Counted from the first letter of the stretch, positions 10,725 to 20,562 are shown. The stretch is 64,000 nucleotides of DNA from Methanothrix sp. (GCA_037128175.1 JBAXWY010000002.1:83539-147538), one strand, 5' to 3'. Numbers and translations are program-made. Notes: a model not told the origin generated them from the letters alone.

Positions 10725-11906
10725 GTGTCTGAAGTTGTACTGGCCTATTCCGGCGGCCTGGATACATCTGTTTGTATTCCGCTCCTCAAAGAGCGCTATG
10801 GATTTGATAGAATAGTCACCGTTCTGGTGGACGTAGGCCAGCCGCGCTCAGATATCGAGCGGGGAAACCGCAGAGCAAAGCAGCTGGCGGACGAGCACTA
10901 CATCATAGATGCAAGAGAAGAGTTCGTAAAGGACTACATCTTTCCGCTCATCAAAGCCAACGGCTCTTATGAGGGATATGTTCTGGGAACGGCCATTGCC
11001 CGGCCGCTGATCGCCATCAAAGCAGTCGAGATCGCCAAGCAAAAAGGCATAAAGAACCTGGCGCACGGATGCACCGGTCGCGGCAACGACCAGCTGCGCT
11101 TCGAAGCCATCTTCCGGGCGACAGACTGCCGGGTCATAGCACCCATGCGAGAGTTGGACTTAGCCCGCGAATGGGAGATAGATTATGCGCGCGAGCACGG
11201 CATTGAAGTTACCGTAACCCGTGATCGGCCCTGGTCGATAGATGAGAACATCTGGTCCAGGTCCATTGAGGGAGGCCTTCTGGAGGACCCCTACTTCGAG
11301 CCGCCCGAGGAGATCTACGGCTGGACCAAAAAGCCGGATGCAAGCAAGAAGGCGCTGGTAGTGGAGATCGGATTTGTCCAGGGTGTTCCCGTCTCTTTGG
11401 ACGGCGTGCCGATGGGTGGTGTTGAGCTGATTGAGAAGCTCAATTTGATGGGCGGCGAGCACGGCGTGGGCAGGACGGATATGGTGGAGGACAGGGTGCT
11501 GGGCCTGAAGGCGCGCGAGAACTATGAGCATCCTGCTGCAACTATTATCCTCACGGCGCATAAGGACCTAGAGCATCTGGTCTTATCCCGGGCCGAGCTT
11601 CGCTTCAAGGTCATGGTGGATGAGGCCTGGTCGGAGCTGGCCTATATGGGCCTGGTGGAGGATCCGCTATATCCTGATCTGAATGCCTTCCTGGATCAGT
11701 CCCAAAAGAGGGTCAACGGCTCGGTCAAGATGAAGCTCTACTGCGGAAATGCCATTCCCCTGGGCCGCCAATCGCCCGATGCACTCTATGCTCAGGACAT
11801 GGTCTCCTTCGACTCCCAGACCTTGAGCCAGAAGGATGCTGAAGGCTTTGCCAAGTACCATGGCTTCCAGGCCAGGCTTCTCAAAAGGAAGCAACTTAAG
11901 AGCTAG
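10725..11906 (+). CDS. argG: argininosuccinate synthase
   Basis: [24 protein letters not shown] and SIDENIW motifs; GTG start inferred. Confidence 0.95.
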   Translation: MSEVVLAYSGGLDTSVCIPLLKERYGFDRIVTVLVDVGQPRSDIERGNRRAKQLADEHYIIDAREEFVKDYIFPLIKANGSYEGYVLGTAIARPLIAIKAVEIAKQKGIKNLAHGCTGRGNDQLRFEAIFRATDCRVIAPMRELDLAREWEIDYAREHGIEVTVTRDRPWSIDENIWSRSIEGGLLEDPYFEPPEEIYGWTKKPDASKKALVVEIGFVQGVPVSLDGVPMGGVELIEKLNLMGGEHGVGRTDMVEDRVLGLKARENYEHPAATIILTAHKDLEHLVLSRAELRFKVMVDEAWSELAYMGLVEDPLYPDLNAFLDQSQKRVNGSVKMKLYCGNAIPLGRQSPDALYAQDMVSFDSQTLSQKDAEGFAKYHGFQARLLKRKQLKS

Positions 11907-11911
11907 AAGAA

Positions 11912-12370
11912 ATGATGGTCAGGAGAGCTGAGCCCGGGGATCTGGCCCAGATCGTGCAGATCGAGGGGCTCTGCTTCCCGGAGGAGACCGCTTTTCCGCC
12001 CAAGATGTTCGCCTACCTGATACGCTATGCGGTGTCTCTGGTAGCCTGTGAGCCGGAGAAGAAAGTATTAGGCTTCATCATGGGATATACCAGTGGAAAG
12101 GCAGGTGCCGTCTATACCCTGGACGTCCATCCCGGATACCGCAGGAAAGGCATCGGCAGCAATCTCCTCCAGTCTTTAGAGGATACCTTGGCACAACAAG
12201 GTGCCCAGGCGATCCGACTTGAGGCCGCTTTAGATAAGCCGGGAGCAGTAGAGCTTTACAGAAAAGCCGGCTACCAGGAGAGGGAGCTGGTCAGAAACTA
12301 TTATGGTCGAGGCAATCATGCCGTGCGGATGTGGAAGAATTTGGATGTGTGCTTATGCTTAACGACGTAG
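11912..12370 (+). CDS. GNAT acetyltransferase, RimI-like
   Basis: VHPGYRRKGIG acetyl-CoA motif, LYRKAGY, NYYG. Confidence 0.85.
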   Translation: MMVRRAEPGDLAQIVQIEGLCFPEETAFPPKMFAYLIRYAVSLVACEPEKKVLGFIMGYTSGKAGAVYTLDVHPGYRRKGIGSNLLQSLEDTLAQQGAQAIRLEAALDKPGAVELYRKAGYQERELVRNYYGRGNHAVRMWKNLDVCLCLTT

Positions 12371-13239
12371 CCCGGATGAGAAGCGGCGAGATGGAGGCCG
12401 AGCTTTCTGCCAAGGTAGATAAGCTGATAGACGAGTTCATGGCCATAGTTGACGCGAAGACCATGGAGAGACATCTGCAGAGGGGAATTGCCAGAAGCCA
12501 GCTCCCCTGTAGCATGGTAGCCATCCTGGATAAAAATAGCCTCTCCATTCTGGCGCAGTTTCGGATGGAGAACAGGACCGCAAGCTATTTTTATAAACCT
12601 GATATCGCTCTGACGCCCCAGCAGGCGGCCAATAGCGCCCAGTGGGAGTTCGGCTTCGTGGATGCCTTTATCATCCAGTTTCCGGCAAACTTAATAGAGC
12701 AAAACACCTCGGATCGGCATGCGGCTTTGCAAAAAGCGGCCTCTGAGCATATCGACTCGGAGTTCCTGAGGCTGGAAAATATGCTCAGCCTCATGCGCAC
12801 CCGTCCTATATTTGGACAGGCCGCCGAGCCGGTAGGCGCAAAGACGCTCCTTCTGCTCCTGCCCCAGGATGCGAACCTGCGAGGAAATGAAGAAACCATT
12901 CTAAATGCGAGCCGGGCCAACAACCTGCCTATTGTTGAGGCAGAAGACATCAGGAGCGGTAGATCTGCAGTACGTGAGATGTGGCATTCACTCAATCACG
13001 CGGCTGTGATCATTGCCGATCTCACGGGACCGGACGGCGGGGTGATGTATGGCCTGGGCATTGCTCATACCCTGGGAAAAGAGACGATATTGATTCACCC
13101 GCAAGGCTCAAAATACCTGACGGATATTCCCAGAACATACAGAATAGAGTACGAGGAAAGCGACACCGGCAGGGCAAAGCTGGAAGTGCAGCTTTCCCGT
13201 ATGCTCGGCAACATGCTGGCACCTGCTGTAGAAGATTAG
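12355..13239 (+). CDS. hypothetical protein with C-terminal nucleoside 2-deoxyribosyltransferase-like domain
   Basis: VIIADLTG...VMYGLGIAHTLGKETILI matches the NDT-like ADxTxxNxNVxYELGxAxAxGK pattern. Confidence 0.6.
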   Translation: MLNDVARMRSGEMEAELSAKVDKLIDEFMAIVDAKTMERHLQRGIARSQLPCSMVAILDKNSLSILAQFRMENRTASYFYKPDIALTPQQAANSAQWEFGFVDAFIIQFPANLIEQNTSDRHAALQKAASEHIDSEFLRLENMLSLMRTRPIFGQAAEPVGAKTLLLLLPQDANLRGNEETILNASRANNLPIVEAEDIRSGRSAVREMWHSLNHAAVIIADLTGPDGGVMYGLGIAHTLGKETILIHPQGSKYLTDIPRTYRIEYEESDTGRAKLEVQLSRMLGNMLAPAVED

Positions 13240-13331
13240 GCCAAAGCCATATATATGTCCTGTATTTATACGAAGCTGCGACTCCGAATTCAGGTCTCCG
13301 AGCTTCATTTGACCCAGGAGGGGAAAAGAGG

Positions 13332-14468
13332 TTGAAAAAGATAAGGTTGGCAATCGCGGGCTTGGGAAACTGCGCAAGTTCCCTGATTCAGGGGATCGAA
13401 TATTATAAACATACGGATGAGAAAGAATGCATCGGACTTATGCATTATGATGTATGTGGTTACAGAGCTGGCGATATCGATGTGGTAGCGGCCTATGACA
13501 TAGATGTGCGAAAGGTGGGAAAAGACGTAAGCCAGGCCATATTTGCGCCACCCAACTGCACCAAGATTTTCTATCCTGATGTTCCCCGCAAAAACGTCGA
13601 GGTCAAGATGGGGCCGGTTTTAGACGGCGTTGCTCCTCATATGCTTAATTATCCTGAGGACAAGAGATTCGTCGTAGCTGATGCCAAGCCATGCGACGTG
13701 AGAAGAGAGCTGGTAGAGAGCCGCGCTGATGTGCTGGTAAATTATATGCCGGTCGGCTCGGAAGAGGCCACGCGCTTTTATGCGCAAGCTGCCTTAGATG
13801 CGGGAGTAGGCTTTGTTAACTGCATGCCGGTCTTCATCGCCTCCAACCCAACGTGGGCCAGAAAGTTCCAGGAGGCAGGGGTGCCAATTGTTGGCGACGA
13901 CATAAAATCTCAGATCGGTGCCACCATTGTGCATCGCGCTCTCACCCAGCTCTTCAAAGACAGAGCCTGCGTCCTGGACAGAACCTACCAGCTCAACATT
14001 GGCGGGAATACCGATTTCCTGAATATGCTCAATCGGGAGAGGCTGAAATCCAAGAAGATCAGCAAGACGGAAGCTGTGCAGTCTATTCTGGATGTGCCCA
14101 TGAACGATGATGACATACACATCGGCCCATCCGACTATGTGCCCTGGCAAAAAGACAACAAGGTCTGCTTCCTGAGAATGGAAGGCAGGGTCTTTGGAGA
14201 TGTGCCCATTAATCTCGAGCTGCGCCTCTCCGTGGAGGACTCGCCCAACAGCGCAGGAAGCTCCATTGATGCCATAAGGATCTGCAAGCTGGCCAAAGAC
14301 AGAAAGATAGGAGGGCCGCTTCTAGCCATATCCGCTTATACTATGAAGCATCCGCCGGTGCAGTATCCAGATGACGTGGCAAAAGAGATGGTGAATAAAT
14401 TCATCCTGGGAGATGCAGGCGAACGGGAGAATGCCAAAGCCTCGCTAGCCGCAGGCTGTGATGGGTGA
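13332..14468 (+). CDS. ino1: myo-inositol-1-phosphate synthase
   Basis: GLGNCASS, GDDIKSQIGAT, NIGGNTDFLNM and VEDSPNSAG motifs; TTG start inferred. Confidence 0.93.
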   Translation: MKKIRLAIAGLGNCASSLIQGIEYYKHTDEKECIGLMHYDVCGYRAGDIDVVAAYDIDVRKVGKDVSQAIFAPPNCTKIFYPDVPRKNVEVKMGPVLDGVAPHMLNYPEDKRFVVADAKPCDVRRELVESRADVLVNYMPVGSEEATRFYAQAALDAGVGFVNCMPVFIASNPTWARKFQEAGVPIVGDDIKSQIGATIVHRALTQLFKDRACVLDRTYQLNIGGNTDFLNMLNRERLKSKKISKTEAVQSILDVPMNDDDIHIGPSDYVPWQKDNKVCFLRMEGRVFGDVPINLELRLSVEDSPNSAGSSIDAIRICKLAKDRKIGGPLLAISAYTMKHPPVQYPDDVAKEMVNKFILGDAGERENAKASLAAGCDG

Positions 14469-15842
14469 ACTACCGCGTCCTGAAGGGCGCGGCTTCCCAC
14501 TTCATCGCCAAAACTTGCCTCACAGATATGTGATGTAGAGATTTCGACTCGATGGGCGCTACGGGCTGTTCCATCCCTGAGATGAGTATGTTCCTGGAAG
14601 CATTGTAGTCTCGATTGCATGAGAAGTCGCAATAAGGGCACTCATGTACTCGTACCGACAGATCTTTCTTTACGATGCTTCCACAAGCGGAACACCTTTG
14701 AGTGGTATTTCTGGGATCTACTTTTATCAACTTTCGACCAGCACTTTGAGCCTTGTACGAAAGCATGAATATGAATTTTGACCAGGATGCATCATGTATG
14801 CTGCGATGCATACCATTATTATGGCCTTTCTCTTTCAGACCTTTGACATCAAGATCCTCAACACAAATGATATCAAAGTTATTGACATAGGTACGAGATA
14901 ACTTATGCAGGAAATCGTCTCGTTGACAGTTGATTCTCTTATGCAGCTTGGCGATCTTATCCTTGAGGGACTTATAATTATTAGATCCCCTCACCGCTCT
15001 GGCTAGCTTTCTTTGCAGCTTTGCCAGTTTATCAGCAGATTGCTCGGCACATCTTGGATTCTCTATCTCATTGCCTTCGGAATCAACCACGAAGGAAGTC
15101 AAACCGACATCCAGACCTACTGCTTCCTCGGTTTCTGGTAATGGCTGTGGTTCCTGATCGGCTTGGACTATGGCAAACCATCTCTTGCCTTCTCTCTTGA
15201 TTATGACGGCTTTGATGCAACCTTCGATCTTTCGATAGATCTTGATCCGCATTTCTCCGATCTTGGAGAGATGTAATATTCTATGATCTTGATCGATTTT
15301 GAAACCTGATTGGTTGTAATTTAGGGTGTTATACCAGCCATATCCTTTGAAACGGACATGACCGATCTTTCGACCATTCTTCTTGGATGCTGCAAGTCCC
15401 TTGAAATTAGACCAAAGGGTATAATTCACCATCTGAAGAACTTTAGAATAGACAAGATTCAGCTTCGGATTCTCAAGCTTCAGAGATGGAATCATGTTCT
15501 GAGTATCATAGGTCTTGAGCTTGATGCCTTTTTCTTTCGCTTCATTCAGGTCTTTGAGAAGCCGATTATAGAGCCATCTACAAGCATCCAAATTCTCCGC
15601 TAGCTTCCATTGAGTGATATTGCTCGGGAAGATGGGATACTTGTAGCTGATCATCAAACAAATACAGATATGCACACATAATATTTATATCAGTTGAGGG
15701 CGGCGTGAAAGTAATCATGGCAGGCAAAGGACTCCGCTTTCATCCTGTGGCTGACGTTGTCAGCCACTCCCCCGGGCTTGCAGTCCGGGAGACCACCCTG
15801 AAAGATGGGGACTTCCCGCTTCGTCCTTCGCAATCCTACAAG
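14465..15842 (-). mobile_element. IS200/IS605-family tnpB-only element (E1)
   Basis: right end hairpin CCGCGCCC-TTCA-GGACGCGG then GTTCAC; left end shared with the element at 53126-53198; TTTAA target at 15843-15847. Confidence 0.85.
14470..15654 (-). CDS. tnpB: RNA-guided endonuclease TnpB
   Basis: RuvC GLDVG / VEDL / NRDYNAS, Zn finger CSACG...CPYC. Confidence 0.93.
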   Translation of the reverse strand: MISYKYPIFPSNITQWKLAENLDACRWLYNRLLKDLNEAKEKGIKLKTYDTQNMIPSLKLENPKLNLVYSKVLQMVNYTLWSNFKGLAASKKNGRKIGHVRFKGYGWYNTLNYNQSGFKIDQDHRILHLSKIGEMRIKIYRKIEGCIKAVIIKREGKRWFAIVQADQEPQPLPETEEAVGLDVGLTSFVVDSEGNEIENPRCAEQSADKLAKLQRKLARAVRGSNNYKSLKDKIAKLHKRINCQRDDFLHKLSRTYVNNFDIICVEDLDVKGLKEKGHNNGMHRSIHDASWSKFIFMLSYKAQSAGRKLIKVDPRNTTQRCSACGSIVKKDLSVRVHECPYCDFSCNRDYNASRNILISGMEQPVAPIESKSLHHISVRQVLAMKWEAAPFRTR

Positions 15843-15859
15843 TTAAATAATTGTTCTTT

Positions 15860-16106
15860 CAATGATCAGGCAGGCTACGTTGTCTCTGGAAAGATCCGCA
15901 TTACCGTGGACGGCAAAAGCTGCGATCTGGGCCCGGGGGACAGCTACTTTGCCCCATCCGGCGCCCTGCACTCTGCCCTAGCTTTGCAGGAATCTGTGGT
16001 GGTCGATACATTCAGTCCGCCTAGAGTTGACTATCGCGCCCACCCTGTCGACGAGGGGCCTACTATCCAAACGATTATTAGTAATGAAATCAATAAGAAT
16101 CCTTGA
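15860..16106 (+). pseudogene. 5'-truncated cupin domain gene
   Basis: QAGYVVSG...GDSYFAPSGALHS...DTFSPPR cupin C-half; the upstream part of the ORF is IS left-end sequence. Confidence 0.65.
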
Positions 16107-16113
16107 CTCTCCC

Positions 16114-17595
16114 ATGGATCCGATCAAGAAATTCATAATTAAAGCCCGGCACAGCTTCTTTATCTTTGGCCTGGCCAGCATTCTCTGGTTTATCTTCCGG
16201 ACAGGCAGCAAGCCCACCCGCATGATCTACCCTTGCCAGCAGGCCTCGGTAGCCAGCGGAGGCCTGTGGCTCGCAGCCTACGTTCTGCCTTTATTCATGG
16301 CCGTTCGATCACCAGGGGCAGCCAGGAGAGGCAAAGGCCGGATTCTGGCCGGCTTTCTGCTGCTCCTGATCATTTCTTTATTTGTCCTGGGTGGTTCATT
16401 CAACATCCCGGGCCAGGCAGATGTAGCGGGAGATGATGCGCCTGTGGCCGGCATTGGAGACACGATCTTGATCAACCTTTCCCAAATGCGCTCGCAATTC
16501 CCAGAGCCCTCCGACATCTTTGCGGTAACCGGCACCACAGGAAATGACGATGCGGTGATGAGATTGGTAGAGCTGATGCAGAGCCACGGCCTGCCCTTCT
16601 ATGCCCAAAACGGCTCTTTTGGCATCATCGGCAAAGATGACGTAGTAATAATCAAGGTCAACAGCCAGTGGGATGAGAGAGGTGGCACCAATTCCGATCT
16701 GGTCAAAGCACTCGTACAGGCTATCCAGGAGCATCCCCAGGGCTTTACCGGCGAGGTGGTCATTGCCGACAACGGCCAGGGCCAGTATGGCTCGACTGGC
16801 AGTGGAGGCAGCCTGAGTTATGCTCTAAACAACGCAAAAGACAAAGCCCAATCCATGCAGGCTGTGGCTGACTCCTTCCCGGATCAAAAGGTATCGACCT
16901 ATCTCTGGGATACGATCACCAATAAGAAGGTCGGTGAATATGCGAAGGGTGATATGGCCGACGGCTACATCCTATCCGGGCCGCCTGATGAGCAGACTAA
17001 AATCGCCGTCACCTACCCCAAATTCCAGACCAAATACGGCACCTACATCAGCTTTAAGCTGGGCGTCTGGGATGCCGCCAATGGGAGCTACAACTCCCAG
17101 CGGCTCAAGGTGTTAAACGTTCCTGTACTCAAAACACACGTAATATACGGTGTAACGGCCTGCATCAAGCACTACATGGGAGTGGGCTCCGATAAGCTCA
17201 GCCGGGAAGCAGGCGGCAGGTCCCATAACTCAGTAGGCTCAGGGGGCATGGGAACAGAGATGGCCCAGACACGATTTCCCGACCTGAACATCCTGGATGC
17301 CATCTGGATTAACGCTCATCCCAAAGGCGGGCCCCGCACCTCTTATGAGCAAGCCAGCCATACGGGCATAATCGCTGCCAGCACCGATCCTGCCGCCCTG
17401 GACTATTGGACCGCCAAGAACATCCTCATGCCGGCTGCCCGGAATTTAGGCCATGATGATCTGGAGTCCATGGACCCGGATAACACCTCGCCCGGCTCTT
17501 TTGGTGATTGGCTGAGGCTTTCCTTGGCCGAGATACAAAAAGCAGGGCACAGGACCACGGTGAGTGAAGAGAGCATGAATGTCTATCTCATATAA
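16114..17595 (+). CDS. DUF362 domain membrane-anchored protein
   Basis: VIIKVN, NVPVLKTH, TACIKHYMG and ASTDPAALD motifs; N-terminal TM segments; start uncertain. Confidence 0.75.
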   Translation: MDPIKKFIIKARHSFFIFGLASILWFIFRTGSKPTRMIYPCQQASVASGGLWLAAYVLPLFMAVRSPGAARRGKGRILAGFLLLLIISLFVLGGSFNIPGQADVAGDDAPVAGIGDTILINLSQMRSQFPEPSDIFAVTGTTGNDDAVMRLVELMQSHGLPFYAQNGSFGIIGKDDVVIIKVNSQWDERGGTNSDLVKALVQAIQEHPQGFTGEVVIADNGQGQYGSTGSGGSLSYALNNAKDKAQSMQAVADSFPDQKVSTYLWDTITNKKVGEYAKGDMADGYILSGPPDEQTKIAVTYPKFQTKYGTYISFKLGVWDAANGSYNSQRLKVLNVPVLKTHVIYGVTACIKHYMGVGSDKLSREAGGRSHNSVGSGGMGTEMAQTRFPDLNILDAIWINAHPKGGPRTSYEQASHTGIIAASTDPAALDYWTAKNILMPAARNLGHDDLESMDPDNTSPGSFGDWLRLSLAEIQKAGHRTTVSEESMNVYLI

Positions 17596-17601
17596 AATAA
17601 T

Positions 17602-18495
17602 TTAAGGCAATATTGCAAAAGCCCTTGCAGGAAACCCTGATCCACCCTCGGGTTTTGGAAAGGCAACCACGATCAAAGCTCCATATTCAGGCACCTTGTC
17701 AAGACTAGCGAGCAGTTCTATCTGGAAATGGTCCCGTCCCAGGATATAGGACTCCAGCGTGTAGTTATCTTTAGTCGTCTGGAATCCAGGATCTGTATCG
17801 GTTGTCTCATGACCGGATGCCGTGATCTTCCGATCCTCATAGAGGTAGCGCAGCACCTCCATGCTCCAGCCCGGATAATGCAGTGTCCCATTGCGGTCTC
17901 CATTCAGCATGGCAGTCTGGTTGGGCCAGCGTTTGGACCAGTCCGTCCGAAGAGCCACGAAGCATCCTTCCGGTATCTTGCCATATCTGGATTCCCATGC
18001 TAACACGTCATCCATATTGATGGTATAATCCGGATTTTCAGACACCTTCTGATGTATATCCAGTACTACTAAAGGCAGCACCATCTCCTTGACGTCTATC
18101 TGATCAACGGTGCGTTTCCCTTGATGGAAATGTACAGGAGCGTCAACATGGGTGCCCCATTTCCCTACAATGCTGAACTTCTGGGCCAAAAAGCCTGAGG
18201 TGCTGAAGTTGAAGACCGTCTCTACACTCTCATTGGGAAAGCCCTCCCAATGAGGTATTCCCGGTCTGAAGCTATGGGTCAGGTCTACATAATCCTTTGA
18301 TTTCAATAGATCAAAAACCTGCCACAGAGATGGATTTCCGAGAGAAGAATTGTCTTTTGAGTCTTCTGCCCCTTGGTAAGCATTAGGGTCGGACGGTTCA
18401 TTCAAACCCGCCGACAAGGGGAGCAGCAGCAATAATACAATAATAGAAATCGACCGGATGCATACAATCAAAATGTGTTTGAACGATTTTCTCAT
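17602..18495 (-). CDS. cyclase family (kynurenine formamidase-like) metallohydrolase with signal peptide
   Basis: VDLTH, GTHVDAPVHF, GSGFPARAFAI. Confidence 0.85.
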   Translation of the reverse strand: MRKSFKHILIVCIRSISIIVLLLLLPLSAGLNEPSDPNAYQGAEDSKDNSSLGNPSLWQVFDLLKSKDYVDLTHSFRPGIPHWEGFPNESVETVFNFSTSGFLAQKFSIVGKWGTHVDAPVHFHQGKRTVDQIDVKEMVLPLVVLDIHQKVSENPDYTINMDDVLAWESRYGKIPEGCFVALRTDWSKRWPNQTAMLNGDRNGTLHYPGWSMEVLRYLYEDRKITASGHETTDTDPGFQTTKDNYTLESYILGRDHFQIELLASLDKVPEYGALIVVAFPKPEGGSGFPARAFAILP

Positions 18496-18615
18496 AACCT
18501 TATGACCGGTCCCAGAGCTTCATCTATCTTCATTCAATCTGATTGCGAGAGCTTTCGCAGTGATTTTCAGTATCGTTCTATTCTTTTATAAATTTTCCTG
18601 CAAATGTGCTATGAT

Positions 18616-19167
18616 TTAACGGGATAATAGCTTGCTTCTACTGAAGCGGATCTTTGGCCCAAAGATGGGGCTCAAGCCTGCCTGTCGAGCAATGTCGATC
18701 GTCCTTTCAAAAACAGTTGCCGAAACATGGAACATGGGCTCAACAACCAGCAGCTTTCCTTTGGGCTTGAGCATGGAGGATATCTCCTTCAGGAAGGCTT
18801 TTGCATTGGGCACTTCATGAACCATGTAAAAAGCCAGAGCAAAATCAACCTTCTCAGATAAGCCGATCCGGTCCGGACCGCTCTTATGTGTGACTATTCT
18901 TGATTCCAGTCCCTGCTGGGCCGCTTTTTTCCTCACGATTTGGAGCATTTCCTCCTGAACGTCAACGGCTATGACTTTTCCCGATTCGCCTACCATCTTT
19001 GCCATAGCAATAGAAAAAGTACCTGGCCCGCATCCAAGATCGAGAACGGTCTGTCCTGGTTCAATATATTCACCCATGATTTTTTGTGGATTATGGATGA
19101 TTCTACGAATTGGGTTGTCCAAAGCGAAGGCAATCTTCCAGGAACAGATGTGTGATGTTTCGCTCAT
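18616..19167 (-). CDS. class I SAM-dependent methyltransferase
   Basis: VLDLGCGPG motif I, LKPKG. Confidence 0.88.
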   Translation of the reverse strand: MSETSHICSWKIAFALDNPIRRIIHNPQKIMGEYIEPGQTVLDLGCGPGTFSIAMAKMVGESGKVIAVDVQEEMLQIVRKKAAQQGLESRIVTHKSGPDRIGLSEKVDFALAFYMVHEVPNAKAFLKEISSMLKPKGKLLVVEPMFHVSATVFERTIDIARQAGLSPIFGPKIRFSRSKLLSR

Positions 19168-19371
19168 TTTAGGACCTCATGGTGGATATGCATCTCTCGC
19201 ATGGCACATACTCGTTCTTGTGGATAAAGGTGGTGTACCACTACATGGCATCCGGAGTTCTAATCTAAATGAGATCGGCTTGGGGCATTATCATGGCGTC
19301 AGGAAGATAAGCAAGGAACTGAAAGAAAGATCGGCAAAGGCATTGGTCTGAATCATTGTCTGGGATTAATT

Positions 19372-20004
19372 ATGAGAAATTCGTGGATCCTACTTATCCT
19401 TACATTTGTGTTTATGTCAAGTTCAGCTCAAGCAACATTGGCGAATTGCCCGGCTTGTATGGGAGAACAACCTGATTGGGCACAAAGCGCTACTGCATTT
19501 TTGGAAGGAACGCCCATGCAAGACACACCATCCACTCTGAGCGGGCCAGAGCAGGCTAGACTACTAAATGCACAAATCGATGCAAGGAAAAAAGCAAGTC
19601 AAGCTTCAAATACGGCAGGTAATACAACCGTAAAGCCGATGCATAGTTCGACTGCATTGTTCGACATTGACCTGTTTGACATACGCGCTGTGCCCAATCC
19701 CGCATATTTCAATGATGAGGTCAAAATAATAGCAGTTTTCGGGAATGCCAGCTCTAACTTAACAACTCCGGATAACCCATCGAAAATAATAGATCTGACC
19801 CATCTTACGATCTATGCCGACATCAGGAACTCAGCAGGATTAGATGTTGGCAAGGTTAATCTGAGACCATCATCTGAGAATGGATATTCCGGAATCTGGA
19901 ATGCCAGTGTAGAATCAGACATCTATAATGCAACAATCGAGGCATCTGGCCCCGACGGATCAAAGACGTTTAATGACGCCCTGCAAATAGCAGTAATCCG
20001 GTAG
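19372..20004 (+). CDS. secreted hypothetical protein
   Basis: signal peptide, CPAC motif, Ig-like beta-rich C-terminus. Confidence 0.7.
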   Translation: MRNSWILLILTFVFMSSSAQATLANCPACMGEQPDWAQSATAFLEGTPMQDTPSTLSGPEQARLLNAQIDARKKASQASNTAGNTTVKPMHSSTALFDIDLFDIRAVPNPAYFNDEVKIIAVFGNASSNLTTPDNPSKIIDLTHLTIYADIRNSAGLDVGKVNLRPSSENGYSGIWNASVESDIYNATIEASGPDGSKTFNDALQIAVIR

Positions 20005-20028
20005 GCATTGCTTGTAACGAAAGTCAAA

Positions 20029-20080
20029 CGGCGGCGGCACACCCCGATGCAAGCATCGGGGCATTCAAGGCGACGCCGCT
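20029..20080. repeat. REP/IS605-end-like hairpin
   Basis: perfect inverted repeat CCCCGATGC-AA-GCATCGGGG (20042-20061) inside an outer GCGGCG/CGCCGC pairing. Confidence 0.55.
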
Positions 20081-20124
20081 GGTTTATCCGAAATCGATAA
20101 GCTTTAATTGAGCAGGGTTACGAT

Positions 20125-20559
20125 TCAATTTTCCACATCAGAGACGATCTCAAAGCCCTCTCTTTTCCAGCCCGCTATCCCGCCGGCAAGATCGTAAATC
20201 TCCCGAAATCCCAACGATTTCATGAGCGCTGCCGCCCGCCCCGATCTAACACCGGTGCGACAGTAAACCAGATAAGCATTGCCGCGATCGAGCACTGCCA
20301 GCTCATCGGCAAACGAGGTGGATCTGAAGTCCAGATTAATTGAGCCGTTCAGGTGTCCGGAGCGGTATTCCTGCAAAGTTCTCACATCCAGGATCACCAG
20401 GCATCTTCTATCGGAAGAAGTATCCCCGTACTGCGGGCCGGAGAGCCGCTCGATAAGATCCCGGCATTCGGAAGGACATAGCTGTTTGACGATGCATTCT
20501 TCTGCATCGGCAGGATGCTCCACATTTGTAGGGGTAGTCTGCTCCAATTTTTCTGACAT
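20125..20559 (-). CDS. rhodanese-like protein
   Basis: LDVRT..EY..GHL, YCRTGVRS active-site loop, LAGGIAGW. Confidence 0.9.
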   Translation of the reverse strand: MSEKLEQTTPTNVEHPADAEECIVKQLCPSECRDLIERLSGPQYGDTSSDRRCLVILDVRTLQEYRSGHLNGSINLDFRSTSFADELAVLDRGNAYLVYCRTGVRSGRAAALMKSLGFREIYDLAGGIAGWKREGFEIVSDVEN

Positions 20560-20562
20560 CTT

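Noticed and set aside
12981-13331. N-terminal extension of ino1
   Set aside because: It overlaps the upstream gene and promoter; homology starts at KKIRLAIAG
15705-15859. N-terminal half of the 133-aa ORF 15705-16106
   Set aside because: It translates IS left-end sequence; only the downstream cupin fragment is gene-like
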